Of a DNA stretch of 64,000 bases, positions 19,699 to 29,018 are shown piece after piece; the first letter of the stretch is position 1; the number at the start of each line of letters is the position of its first letter. Position numbers and translations under genes: made by a program. The notes below the pieces were generated by a model. The model ran no database searches and was not told where the DNA came from. It saw nothing but the letters and a program-made list of their open reading frames with translations. This DNA is from Acidimicrobiaceae bacterium (GTDB taxonomy: Bacteria > Actinomycetota > Acidimicrobiia > Actinomarinales > Actinomarinaceae): contig JAOMBT010000002.1 of NCBI GenBank assembly GCA_028344675.1, positions 830 through 64,829 of the forward strand, in the 5' to 3' direction.

Positions 19699-20160
19699 TT
19701 ATTTCTGTACACAAATATACACCCATGGCTTCAGACTGTCGTCATTGTTTCTTGCTTTGCCATTTATTTTATAAGTTGTTGCACCTAAGCTTTTAAATAA
19801 GTTTTCTAATCCAATAGCACTAATAGCAATTGGGTCAGTTTCAGATACTGATTTAAAATTTTTAGGATCATGTGACGCTGAATGATTTAAAATCAAAATG
19901 CCATCGGTTTTTAAATGTGATAACCAATTTTTAAACATACTATTAGGATTGAATGAATGGTCCCAAGAATTACTATATATAAAATCAAACGTATTTTTCC
20001 ACTCCAATTTATCACAATTCATATCGAAATTAATAGTGTTAGGATATTTTTCAAGATTTGGACCGATGTCAGTTCCAAATACATATGAATCATGGTTTAA
20101 AAATTTATTAAACCACTCTTGTTCTTTTCCTGTTCTAGTACCGTGACAAACACCACTCAA
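19699..20160 (-). CDS. Class I SAM-dependent methyltransferase, probably 5'-truncated (TTG start directly after an in-frame stop)
   Basis: FDFIYSNSWDHSFNPNSMFKNWLSHLKTDGILILN matches the post-motif-I/II region of Methyltransf_11/23 enzymes. The reading frame begins (K)LSGVCHGTRTG immediately after a TGA, with no room for the usual N-terminal ~30 aa. Confidence 0.45.
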   Translation of the reverse strand: MSGVCHGTRTGKEQEWFNKFLNHDSYVFGTDIGPNLEKYPNTINFDMNCDKLEWKNTFDFIYSNSWDHSFNPNSMFKNWLSHLKTDGILILNHSASHDPKNFKSVSETDPIAISAIGLENLFKSLGATTYKINGKARNNDDSLKPWVYICVQK

Positions 20161-20430
20161 TTTTCAATGAAAGCTATGTTTCCATAAATTTTTTAAATAA
20201 TTTTTATGATATCGATTTTATTACATGGGATAATATTCCCAATATGGAGGCAGAGCAAATACCAAACTTTTATAAAGATTATGACTTCGTTATATTTGAA
20301 TCTTCTATTGATTCTTTTTTTGAAAGTAGAATATTAAAATTTTCAAACTAAAAATTTTGAACAAAAGTGCAGTTATGTGGGCAGTTTTGATTAGTTTATT
20401 TGTGAAGACCAATATAGCCTATGTTTATTG

Positions 20431-20503
20431 TGGCCAGAGGCAGAATCGAACTGCCGACCCCTTGTTTTTCAGACAAGTGCTCTACCGACTGAGCTATCTG
20501 GCC
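20431..20503 (-). tRNA. tRNA-Phe (anticodon GAA)
   Basis: The reverse complement folds as GGCCAGA-TA-GCTC-AGTCGGTA-GAGC-A-CTTGT-CTGAAAA-ACAAG-GGGTC-GGCAG-TTCGATT-CTGCC-TCTGGCC-A. Full cloverleaf. Loop CT-GAA-AA. No encoded CCA (followed by CAA). Confidence 0.9.
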
Positions 20504-20579
20504 AGTTAGATTATTATATTACAAACAAAATAAAGAAGTAATAGAAAATTTTTCTTATTTTGTGAGGTAATCTATTTTT

Positions 20580-21356
20580 GTGAATAAAAAAATTACCATA
20601 ATTTTAAATTCTCTAAAATTTCAATCATTCAGTTTTTTAAAATATGTTTTTTTTAAGAAAAAAAGAAAACGTATTAAAAGACATGCCACAGATTATTTTT
20701 ATAATTTACCATGTATAGATTTTGATAATTGGGCTAAAGAAATAGATATAAATTTATTTAATGAGATGCAAAAATTCCAAGTACATTTTCAAGAGTATGA
20801 AACAAATTTTAATTTTACCTATTTAGGAGGAGCTCGTGGACTTAATCAGTACGGCGCACTTTATTTCTTAACAAGGTTGATAAAACCCCAAAACACTTTA
20901 GAAACGGGAGTTGCAAATGGCTTCTCATCCTATAGTTTTCTGAGTGCTATTGAAAAAAATAATTTTGGAAGATTAATTAGTAATGATTTGCCGCCATTGG
21001 ACATAGAAAAGAAAAATTGGAAATATATTGGCCAGATGGTTCCCAAAAAATTTCACAATATTTGGACATTGCATCTAGGCAGTGATCGAAAAAATTTGAA
21101 TTCAATTTGTAAAGAAAACACATTTGACTTGGCACATTTTGATAGCGATAAACTATCTTCGGGAAAAATGTACTGTATCAATACGCTATTGAAGTACAAC
21201 AAAACGTCACCTATTATTCTAATTGACAATTGTGCAGATGACTTTTTTTGGAAAAACTTAATAATAAAATCATATAAAAAAGTTGTTTTTGATCAAAACA
21301 CTAAAAGATTTGGAATCTTAATTCATAAAGATGACATTACAAATTTTCAACTGTAG
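20580..21356 (+). CDS. Class I SAM-dependent methyltransferase-like protein (Methyltransf_24 / CmcI-like)
   Basis: LGGARGLNQYGALYFLTRLIKPQNTLETGVANGFSSYSFLSAI resembles the E(I/T)G(T/V)xxGxS motif-I region of O-methyltransferase family 3. GTG start. Sits alone between tRNA-Phe and tRNA-Asp. Confidence 0.4.
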   Translation: MNKKITIILNSLKFQSFSFLKYVFFKKKRKRIKRHATDYFYNLPCIDFDNWAKEIDINLFNEMQKFQVHFQEYETNFNFTYLGGARGLNQYGALYFLTRLIKPQNTLETGVANGFSSYSFLSAIEKNNFGRLISNDLPPLDIEKKNWKYIGQMVPKKFHNIWTLHLGSDRKNLNSICKENTFDLAHFDSDKLSSGKMYCINTLLKYNKTSPIILIDNCADDFFWKNLIIKSYKKVVFDQNTKRFGILIHKDDITNFQL

Positions 21357-21360
21357 ATAG

Positions 21361-21435
21361 CGGGGACGACGGGATTCGAACCCGCGACCTCCTGCGTGAC
21401 AGGCAGGCGTGAACTCCAGACTTCACCACGCCCCC
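21361..21435 (-). tRNA. tRNA-Asp (anticodon GTC)
   Basis: The reverse complement is GGGGGCG-TG-GTGAA-GTCTGGAG-TTCAC-G-CCTGC-CTGTCAC-GCAGG-AGGTC-GCGGG-TTCGAAT-CCCGT-CGTCCCC-G. The anticodon arm is identical to the canonical bacterial tRNA-Asp. No CCA encoded. Confidence 0.85.
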
Positions 21436-21636
21436 GAAAAATTTATTCCACTTAATACTAATAGTTATTAACTATATTTAATTTATTAAAAAAATAATTT
21501 TACAAAACTGATTTTTTAATTGTTATGTACATAAGTAATCTATTTACAATTAATAGATATGGATACACAATAAAGAGGGTTATTAATACTTTCAAACTAA
21601 ATCTTTATATAGAAAAATTTATAAGATTAATATTTC

Positions 21637-22530
21637 TCAACTAGTATCTTTATTATTATTTATAAGATTTCCTAATATTCCAACAAAGATTGTCTGAATA
21701 CCAAACAGAAATAAAAGGCTAATTAGATTATCATTTTGAATAAATTTTTCATTTATGCCAGCATTAAAAAGATAAATTTGATATGAACTTATAAGAATTG
21801 AGATAAACATAAGTAAACTGCCTAATTTACCAAATGTAGAAAGTGGTTTTAATGAGGAGTAAATTATGAAAATTTGCCAAAACACTTTAAATGGATACTT
21901 TAAACTAACAAAACTGCTTCCATGAATTCTTTTGTTAAAAGTAATGGGTACCTGTTTAAATTTGTAACCTAATATAGAAGCCTCAATTAACACTTGTTGT
22001 GTGTAGTTATAATTACCTAGCATTCTAATTTTTCTTGCAAGATCTATTTTCATAGCAATGAATCCAGGTTGTGAATCTGTAATTTTATAACCCGTTAACC
22101 ATTTTGTAAGTGAACTAAAAAATTTGTTACCCACTTTTCTAATAAATTCCATTTTGTATTTTATTTCTCCATTAAATCTATCGCCATAAACTAAATCTAC
22201 TTCTTCATTTATTTCATTTAGAAGTAGGTCAATTTCTTCAAGATTATGTTGGAGGTCTGCGTCAACTTTAACAACATAATCTACCTCCAGTTTTCTTGCC
22301 TCATCGATACCGCTTTTTACCGCACTGGCTAGTCCCAAGTTTTTTTTATGACTTATTAAGAGATGATTAAGATTTGCTGTTTTAAGAATTTCGAGAGAAT
22401 TATCTTGTGATCCATCATTAACAAATATAAATATAAATTCGGGCCGTACAATTTTTTCAATATTTTTAAACAAAATTGGTAAACTTTTCGCTTCATTAAA
22501 CATAGGTATAATAATTGCAGTTTTTTTCAT
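21637..22530 (-). CDS. GT2 polyprenyl-phosphate glycosyltransferase (GtrB/ArnC/DPM1-like)
   Basis: AIIIPMFNEAKSLP...FIFVNDGSQDNSLEIL...VDADLQHN (DxD/DADLQH motifs), plus two C-terminal TM helices. This architecture matches undecaprenyl-phosphate sugar synthases. Confidence 0.8.
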   Translation of the reverse strand: MKKTAIIIPMFNEAKSLPILFKNIEKIVRPEFIFIFVNDGSQDNSLEILKTANLNHLLISHKKNLGLASAVKSGIDEARKLEVDYVVKVDADLQHNLEEIDLLLNEINEEVDLVYGDRFNGEIKYKMEFIRKVGNKFFSSLTKWLTGYKITDSQPGFIAMKIDLARKIRMLGNYNYTQQVLIEASILGYKFKQVPITFNKRIHGSSFVSLKYPFKVFWQIFIIYSSLKPLSTFGKLGSLLMFISILISSYQIYLFNAGINEKFIQNDNLISLLFLFGIQTIFVGILGNLINNNKDTS

Positions 22531-23903
22531 ACTTCCTCTTTATCAATATTAGCTAGAAAAAGTACTGCTGGAATTAATAAATGTGTTGCATATCTTGGTA
22601 TAAAGTGAGTAAAAAAAGCAAAAAATCCCCAAAGAGTGATTAAAAACAAAGAAGACAACGAGACTTTTTTATTTAGTAAATTACTTAAAGATTTTAGTAA
22701 TGCATATGGAATAAAAAACAGTCTTAAAAATGATAATACTTCTTTTACAAATAAAGAAATATTTTCAGGTAATGAGTAAAACTCGGTAAATTCAAAATTT
22801 ATAGAAGGAAATATCCCCCTATACCCAAACACCGTGCTCAACAACAAATGTTGAGAAAAGTTTTCTTTAATCAAATCAGTCGAAACAGTATTTAGAATCT
22901 TTTGCTGTTCAGTATATGTTTTAGACTCAAAACTTACTATTTCTAATCTACTTCCTACAGCACCAGTCAAATTTTTGGCCATTTTATACGAAGAGTTTGA
23001 GTTTGACCTGTCGTAAAGTATATCAGATCCAGAATCTATAACATAGCTCCAGAGGCTACCTTGTATTGAACCAAAAATAAATGGTTTAGCCGGTGTATAG
23101 AATATATAGCCAGCGAGTATTTGTTCAAAACTATTTGTACTGTATTCCGCTCTAATTGATAAAACTTCTGCTGCACGTCCAGTAATTGAAAATTCATTAA
23201 TAGTTAAATAATTTCTAGTCATCCACATTAATGATGGAAGTAGCAAAACAAGCATGACAGCAAACCATTTTTTTAAAGATTCTTTTTTATGAAAAAAATA
23301 TATCGTAAACACAAACGGTAGTAAATATAAAAATACAGCGTTGCTCAATGGCAAAATACTAAAAATAAATAAACTCCAATTTTTTTGTTTGTAATAGTTA
23401 TGAATACTTGTAGTTAATAAGAAAACAGTAATCAAGTCTTTGTATTCAATGGGAAGCATTAATAATAATGTGATTGATAATAAAATACTAAAAAATGTGG
23501 AAAAACGGCGATTTAAATTTTTAAAGATCAAAATAACAATAGAAATTTTTAATAAATAAGCCAGAAATACCAAAAGTTCTACTTCTTCATCGAAAGCGTC
23601 ACAACGAACGGATAAACAATTTTCTATAGGAATATTATTTGAAAAGTTTTGAACTCTCATTATTGAGGCAATTATAAAAGGATAAACCGGCTCACCCCTT
23701 CTGTAGCCAAGTTCTAATTTTGAATTTTCATCGATGTTGCTATTGATAACTTCTCTTTTGTATTCTCCTGAATTAAAAATTCCATAACCAATTTCCCAGT
23801 ATTGGATTTCATCACCTTCATTAGGAATTGACGCTAAGTCACTTTGGTAATTTGGAATTAGAAACAGTATTGAAACAAAAATTATAAATACTAGTTGCTT
23901 CAA
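22527..23903 (-). CDS. Polytopic membrane protein, candidate GT-C-fold glycosyltransferase (ArnT / Gtr type-specific transferase-like)
   Basis: 458 aa with >10 helices. First periplasmic-loop motif GDEIQYWEIGYGIF ([DE][DE]xxYxxI, cf. ArnT/PMT DExRYAEIA). Translationally coupled (4 nt overlaps) between the gtrA-like and gtrB-like genes. Confidence 0.45.
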   Translation of the reverse strand: MKQLVFIIFVSILFLIPNYQSDLASIPNEGDEIQYWEIGYGIFNSGEYKREVINSNIDENSKLELGYRRGEPVYPFIIASIMRVQNFSNNIPIENCLSVRCDAFDEEVELLVFLAYLLKISIVILIFKNLNRRFSTFFSILLSITLLLMLPIEYKDLITVFLLTTSIHNYYKQKNWSLFIFSILPLSNAVFLYLLPFVFTIYFFHKKESLKKWFAVMLVLLLPSLMWMTRNYLTINEFSITGRAAEVLSIRAEYSTNSFEQILAGYIFYTPAKPFIFGSIQGSLWSYVIDSGSDILYDRSNSNSSYKMAKNLTGAVGSRLEIVSFESKTYTEQQKILNTVSTDLIKENFSQHLLLSTVFGYRGIFPSINFEFTEFYSLPENISLFVKEVLSFLRLFFIPYALLKSLSNLLNKKVSLSSLFLITLWGFFAFFTHFIPRYATHLLIPAVLFLANIDKEEV

Positions 23904-24259
23904 TTCATTTCCTTTGAAAATAAAATAATTCTAATTAGGTGGACAATAATACTAATAAAAATTGTTGAAAGTACCACATACGGAAAGTACTGGCTAATTA
24001 AAGAAAAAATAAAATAATCAATTAAAAACAAAATAATATTTAGTCTTAAAAATAAAAAAAATGATGAGCTATTAATACTTCTTTTAAGCGTAAACTTACA
24101 ATGCAAAAAGTAACTCTGAAAATAAATATATATTAAAATCAATCCATAAAATAATTTGTTACTTTGATTAAAAAAATCAAAAATTAAAAAAACTAATACA
24201 TTCTTTATTAAATAGTTGAATCCAGATACTGTCGTAATTTTGATTGATCTATTAATCAT
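23900..24259 (-). CDS. GtrA-like small membrane protein (polyprenyl-P-sugar flippase family)
   Basis: 119 aa, 4 helices. SIKITTVSGFNYLIKNVLVFLIF fits the GtrA pattern (F.KF..VG.......F). First gene of a three-gene module downstream of tRNA-Lys. Confidence 0.45.
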   Translation of the reverse strand: MINRSIKITTVSGFNYLIKNVLVFLIFDFFNQSNKLFYGLILIYIYFQSYFLHCKFTLKRSINSSSFFLFLRLNIILFLIDYFIFSLISQYFPYVVLSTIFISIIVHLIRIILFSKEMN

Positions 24260-24268
24260 AATTCTTTG

Positions 24269-24341
24269 TGGGTCGGGTGGGAATCGAACCCACGACCTTG
24301 AGCTTAAAAGGCTCCTGCTCTACCGATTGAGCTACCGACCC
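24269..24341 (-). tRNA. tRNA-Lys (anticodon TTT)
   Basis: The reverse complement is GGGTCGGTAGCTCAATCGGTAGAGCAGGAGCCTTTTAAGCTCAAGGTCGTGGGTTCGATTCCCACCCGACCCA, near-identical in layout to E. coli tRNA-Lys(UUU). Loop CT-TTT-AA. No CCA. Confidence 0.85.
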
Positions 24342-24392
24342 AATATATTACAAATTGATGGTACACGAAAAATAAAAATAAATTAAATAAAC

Positions 24393-24701
24393 TTACTCTT
24401 CCTCTTTATTTAAAAGATCTCCAACTTTATTTTTTCCATCTTCAATGAGTTCATTTAACTCATTACTTATTTTTTTTATAATTTCTTTAGTTTCTGATCT
24501 AATCTCTTCATCTTTAACAGTCTCATCTACAGCTGTTATTAGATTTTTAAGTATCTCTTTACTGTTTTCTAAAGTTAACTGAAAAGAGTCTTTAAGATCG
24601 TCAATTGAATTTTCACTTACTACCTTATCTTTTATTTTCTTTTTAATTTCTGATACATCATTAGATATCTCATCCCATGAATTATTTTGTTGGTTATCCA
24701 T
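24393..24701 (-). CDS. Small acidic coiled-coil protein, unknown function
   Basis: 102 aa, rich in E/K/D, predicted helical. No recognisable motif. Confidence 0.3.
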   Translation of the reverse strand: MDNQQNNSWDEISNDVSEIKKKIKDKVVSENSIDDLKDSFQLTLENSKEILKNLITAVDETVKDEEIRSETKEIIKKISNELNELIEDGKNKVGDLLNKEEE

Positions 24702-24722
24702 TATTTAATAATATCTATATGG

Positions 24723-25565
24723 TTAAAATTTTGCTTTATCTTTAAAAAGAAGATTTGGATTCTTATTTATCCTCTGTTTTGCCCATCTAGCTGGTGCGAT
24801 TAATCTAAAAAAAGGTGGCAAAAACGGTCTTGTATATTTTAAAAATGCAAGATTAAAACCAAGAATGAATGATTTTAATTTACTGTCTTTAACACTATAA
24901 AGTTCTTTAAATTCACTTGGGAGTGTATTGAAGGCTGTAAAAGCAATAAAAGGCCATATTGGTTTAATATGAGTTGGCACTGGACCTCCTGCAATAATTT
25001 CCTGAACATCTTTTGCTACATCGGTATAAATCAAATAGTTCCTAGTTTTAGACTTTTCAATAACCCAATTTTTTAAACCTTCATGAGTTTGTGGCATTTC
25101 TTTAATATTCACTAAAACTAAATCTGCAGAAAGCATATTTTCTTTGTGGTACTGATTTTTCTCTTCTTCAGTAAGCTTTTTTACTGTTTTTTCATAAAAA
25201 TAAATTGAAGAAATCTGTAAACAAGCATGAACCCAAAGTAACTGTTCATGATCTAAGGCATCATATATATCGCCAGTAATTTCATCAGTACCTTTAATGA
25301 CTTCATGTAATTTATTTATTCTATGAGCACTCTCATCCGCTTCTTTTTTGGTGCCAAAAGTAACAGAGTTTTGTAATGATAGGGTTCTAATTAATCTTTT
25401 CCATGGATCTCTTTGGTAAAAAGATGTTTGCCTAGCACCAGCCGCAATTAGTGGATGAGCAGCGTGCATTAAAAGTGCTCGCGCACCTCCAAAAAGTACT
25501 GTAATTTCTTTATTAACCTTCCACATCATTGAGTTTGGGCCAAAATATCCTGGATCACCATTCAT
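24723..25565 (-). CDS. DUF2236 / MpaB-family putative oxygenase
   Basis: FGGARALLMHAAHPLIAAGARQTSFY is the hallmark of the ER-bound oxygenase MpaB/DUF2236 family. Confidence 0.45.
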   Translation of the reverse strand: MNGDPGYFGPNSMMWKVNKEITVLFGGARALLMHAAHPLIAAGARQTSFYQRDPWKRLIRTLSLQNSVTFGTKKEADESAHRINKLHEVIKGTDEITGDIYDALDHEQLLWVHACLQISSIYFYEKTVKKLTEEEKNQYHKENMLSADLVLVNIKEMPQTHEGLKNWVIEKSKTRNYLIYTDVAKDVQEIIAGGPVPTHIKPIWPFIAFTAFNTLPSEFKELYSVKDSKLKSFILGFNLAFLKYTRPFLPPFFRLIAPARWAKQRINKNPNLLFKDKAKF

Positions 25566-25613
25566 ATCTTTAAATTTTAGGCTACTTTATAGTTAATATT
25601 GAATTAGAAAACC

Positions 25614-26741
25614 ATGGAATTAAATTATATAACTTATCAAGGTATTCCTAGTAATACTGCTCATGGAATACATACCTTTTCTTTAATTAAATACTTTGTA
25701 AAGAATGGATTAGATATAAAACTTGTATTTCCATTACGAGATAAGGGTGCAACTACTGAATTAACCAAGTTACAAAATCATTATGAAATCAATGAAAATT
25801 TTAAGATTGAAGCAACAAAACATTATCTTCCGTTTGGTCGAACAAAATTTCTTAAGAAATATACATATTTATTCAGTCATATTTTATGGTCTTTTTATAT
25901 TTCAAAAAAATACAAAAAAAACAGTAAAGATTTAGTTTTTACTTTGTCAGATTGGGTTTTCTATTTCTTGTCAAAAAAAAATATTAATGTAACTTACGAA
26001 TGTCACGACTTAACCGTTATTAGAAAAAAATTAATTAAGAAAGCCTTACTTTTCCCCAATTCAAAAATAATTTGCATTAATAAATTTGTCAAAGAGGACC
26101 TAGGTCTTGAAGAAAGTAAAAATGTTGTTGTATTGGAAAATGGATTTGATCATGAAGTATTTTCTCAAAAAATAAAAAAAGAATCTCCAATTAGGGTTTT
26201 GTTTGCAGGAAACTTAGAAAGATTCGGTAAAACAAGGGGTATTGAGCAAATTATCAAATATTTTTTAAAAACTAATTTTTCAAAAAAAGTCCAGCTTCAT
26301 ATCTTTGGAGGTCCTACATCACTAGTAGAAAATTTAAGACATAAATACAATCATGAGAGTTTATTTATTCATGGACATATAAAGAGATCAGAACTATCCA
26401 AAGAAATGGCAATATCTCATATTGGAGTGCTCACTAATATTGAAAGTACCCATTCACAAAGACATACTTCTCCACTTAAATTTTATGAGTACATTGGCTC
26501 GGGATTAAAGGTACTAGCTACAGATGCTTTAACACATAAATCTCTTCCGTATCAAGATTCAGTTTATTTCTTTGATTTAAATAATTTTGAAAGTTTTAAA
26601 AATTCAATTAGTTTAGCGATTGATAATATAACAAAAAACGAATCTTTAAATTATGAGAAGTCAACAATTGACTTTAGAGTTAAAGCGATTATAAAGTTTA
26701 TCTCTGCGCGCCCGGAAGGACTCGAACCCTCAACCCCCTGA
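25614..26741 (+). CDS. GT4 glycosyltransferase (WbuB-like); 3' end reads 35 nt into tRNA-Arg
   Basis: SPLKFYEYIGSGLKVLATDA matches the WbuB-type GT4 motif (PxKLFEYMAaGkPVI). The last 12 codons (ISARPEGLEPSTP) are antisense to the tRNA-Arg 3' half, so the native C-terminus may have been replaced. Confidence 0.55.
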   Translation: MELNYITYQGIPSNTAHGIHTFSLIKYFVKNGLDIKLVFPLRDKGATTELTKLQNHYEINENFKIEATKHYLPFGRTKFLKKYTYLFSHILWSFYISKKYKKNSKDLVFTLSDWVFYFLSKKNINVTYECHDLTVIRKKLIKKALLFPNSKIICINKFVKEDLGLEESKNVVVLENGFDHEVFSQKIKKESPIRVLFAGNLERFGKTRGIEQIIKYFLKTNFSKKVQLHIFGGPTSLVENLRHKYNHESLFIHGHIKRSELSKEMAISHIGVLTNIESTHSQRHTSPLKFYEYIGSGLKVLATDALTHKSLPYQDSVYFFDLNNFESFKNSISLAIDNITKNESLNYEKSTIDFRVKAIIKFISARPEGLEPSTP

Positions 26742-26780
26742 TCCGAAGTCAGGTGCTCTATCCAATTGAGCTACGGACGC
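26707..26780 (-). tRNA. tRNA-Arg (anticodon TCG)
   Basis: The reverse complement is GCGTCCG-TA-GCTC-AATTGGATA-GAGC-A-CCTGA-CTTCGGA-TCAGG-GGGTT-GAGGG-TTCGAGT-CCTTC-CGGGCGC-G. The acceptor has one G-T pair. Loop CT-TCG-GA. No CCA. Confidence 0.8.
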
Positions 26781-27912
26781 AAAAATCTAATAATTTTTTG
26801 TTTCTATATTCCCAAGAGTAGTTGGGTATATTCCTCTTAGAGTTTTCTATAAGTTGTTCTCTAATCTTTTTATTCTCTAGAAGATATTTTATTTTTAATT
26901 TAAAGTCTTCGTAGTCATCATGTTTGAAATACTCAATACCTAAACCAGAATCTTTTAGTTCTAGATTGCTTTTTATGTCTGAAGCAATAACTACAGTACC
27001 ACTTGCTGCGTATTCAAAAATTTTTAGTGGAGAAGCATAGTTTGACATGTGATAGTCATCTGGGTATGGAACTATTCCAATATCAAGGCTTTTCATATAA
27101 TCAGGAACTTCATATTTTGGTATTTTGTACAAATGGTCAAATTCGGTTTCATTATCTTGAAAATCTTCAATAATTTCATCAATTTTTTTACTAGGACCAC
27201 CAATTAAAGTTAATTTAAAATCAAAATCTGTGGAAAGTTTTTTCAATTCGTTAAATGCTTTTCTTACTCCTTTGTCCTTACCATATGTTTCTAGCATTCC
27301 AATGTATCCAATGTTTAATTTATTTGTTTTTTTTCTTGAACTTTCTTCTTTGTAGTCATTGATACTCACACCATTAGTTAAATATATTGTTTTCTCAGGT
27401 GAAAGCTTGTAAAGCTCTTTGAATGAAGTTTGTGAAGTACCAACAAAAATTACATTCTTATACTTAGAGAGTTTATTAATAACATATTTTTGAATATATT
27501 TTCCTGCTCCATGCTTTTCGTATATAAGCGTAGCTTTTGAAGACACCTGCCTAAGTAATATATTTGGGTTAGTTGACCATAGGTAATCTTCCATGCTTAT
27601 GTAGGAATTTAAATTTTTAGACCATAAATTGGCACCCAGATTCCAAATAATTTTTGTTATAAAACTCGGAAGAATTTTATAAAATCTATATTTAGTAAAA
27701 TCATAGTTTTCGACTTCTATGAAGTTTATTCTTGAATTTTTGTAATACTGTGCAGGAGATATTTCTATTGTCTTATCGTTGTTTGTTTTTGAGTAGTAAA
27801 CAGTTACAGTAGTTTTATTGTCTATAAACCCGTTAGCAATATCAATAATATGCGAACCGTATGCTTTTTCAGTTGGAAACCTTCCGTAAACTAACAGACC
27901 TATTTTTTTCAT
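26758..27912 (-). CDS. GT4 glycosyltransferase (WbuB-like)
   Basis: ASPLKIFEYAASGTVVIASD (WbuB-type motif) and GMLETYGKDKG (GT-B C-terminal domain start). Paralogous motif to 25614..26741. Confidence 0.65.
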   Translation of the reverse strand: MKKIGLLVYGRFPTEKAYGSHIIDIANGFIDNKTTVTVYYSKTNNDKTIEISPAQYYKNSRINFIEVENYDFTKYRFYKILPSFITKIIWNLGANLWSKNLNSYISMEDYLWSTNPNILLRQVSSKATLIYEKHGAGKYIQKYVINKLSKYKNVIFVGTSQTSFKELYKLSPEKTIYLTNGVSINDYKEESSRKKTNKLNIGYIGMLETYGKDKGVRKAFNELKKLSTDFDFKLTLIGGPSKKIDEIIEDFQDNETEFDHLYKIPKYEVPDYMKSLDIGIVPYPDDYHMSNYASPLKIFEYAASGTVVIASDIKSNLELKDSGLGIEYFKHDDYEDFKLKIKYLLENKKIREQLIENSKRNIPNYSWEYRNKKLLDFCVRSSIG

Positions 27913-27980
27913 TACATGATTAATACTAATTAATTCAATTAATTTAATAAGTTATTTATTTCCTAATTACAATATATATA

Positions 27981-29015
27981 GTGAAAGCGTTAATTACAGG
28001 AATAACAGGTCAAGATGGAGCCTACTTGGCCGAACTTTTACTTGAAAAAGATTACGAAGTTCACGGCACTGTAAGACGCTCATCATCCATAAATACAGAG
28101 AGAATAGATGGTTTAATTTCTAAATATTCTAATGATCATCAACTGAATCTTCACTATTCAGATCTTCTAGATTCCTCTTCAATAACCAACCTACTTAATA
28201 ATATTGTTCCAGATGAGGTATACAATTTAGCTGCCCAATCGCATGTTTCGGTGTCATTTTCGAACCCAATATTCACAACCCAAATCGGTACTCTTGGATC
28301 TATTTCAATACTTGAGGGTATTAGGCACCTTGATAAAGATGTAAAATTTTATCAAGCTTCCTCATCTGAAATGTTCGGAGGGACTAGTAAAGAAAGCTTA
28401 AATGAAAAATCTTTGTTTGATGCTAAAAGCCCCTACGGAGCTTCAAAAGTTTTTGCTCATGAAATTACAAAAATATACAGGGAATCTTATGACTTGTTCG
28501 GAGTAAATGGAATTCTATTTAATCATGAATCACCACTAAGGGGTGAAACCTTTGTCACTAGAAAAATTAGTAAAGCTGTAGGGAGAATATCTGTAGGAGT
28601 TCAAGAAAGATTGACTTTAGGAAATCTTGATGCAAGTAGAGACTGGGGATATGCCAAAGATTATGTTGAAGGTATGTGGAGAATGATGCAACATACAACT
28701 GCAGAAGACTGGGTTCTAGCCACAGGGATAACAAAAACAGTTAAAGAATTTGCTGAAGCAGCTTTTAATTTTGTTGGTTTAAATTGGGAGGATTATGTAG
28801 ATGTTTCTGAAAAATACTTTAGACCAAACGAGGTTGAGTATTTGATGGGTGATGCAACAAAAGCCAAGAAAATACTTGGGTGGAAACCTACAGTTGATTT
28901 TAAAGAACTCGTAAAGGTTATGGTTGAACATGATATTATAGAAGCCAAAAAAGATTTAGCTTTATTAAAGGACAATTTAATATTTCCAACCTGGGAACAT
29001 CCAAAAGAACTGTAA
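27981..29015 (+). CDS. gmd: GDP-mannose 4,6-dehydratase
   Basis: [45 protein letters not shown] is near-identical in pattern to E. coli Gmd ([41 protein letters not shown]). Catalytic SSSEMFG...YGASK. Confidence 0.9.
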   Translation: [344 protein letters not shown]

Positions 29016-29018
29016 CTC

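Noticed and set aside
18534-20146. ORFs 18534..18764(-) and 19898..20146(+)
   Set aside because: The first is antisense to the reconstructed FkbM N-terminal region. The second is antisense to the methyltransferase fragment. Neither has recognisable features.
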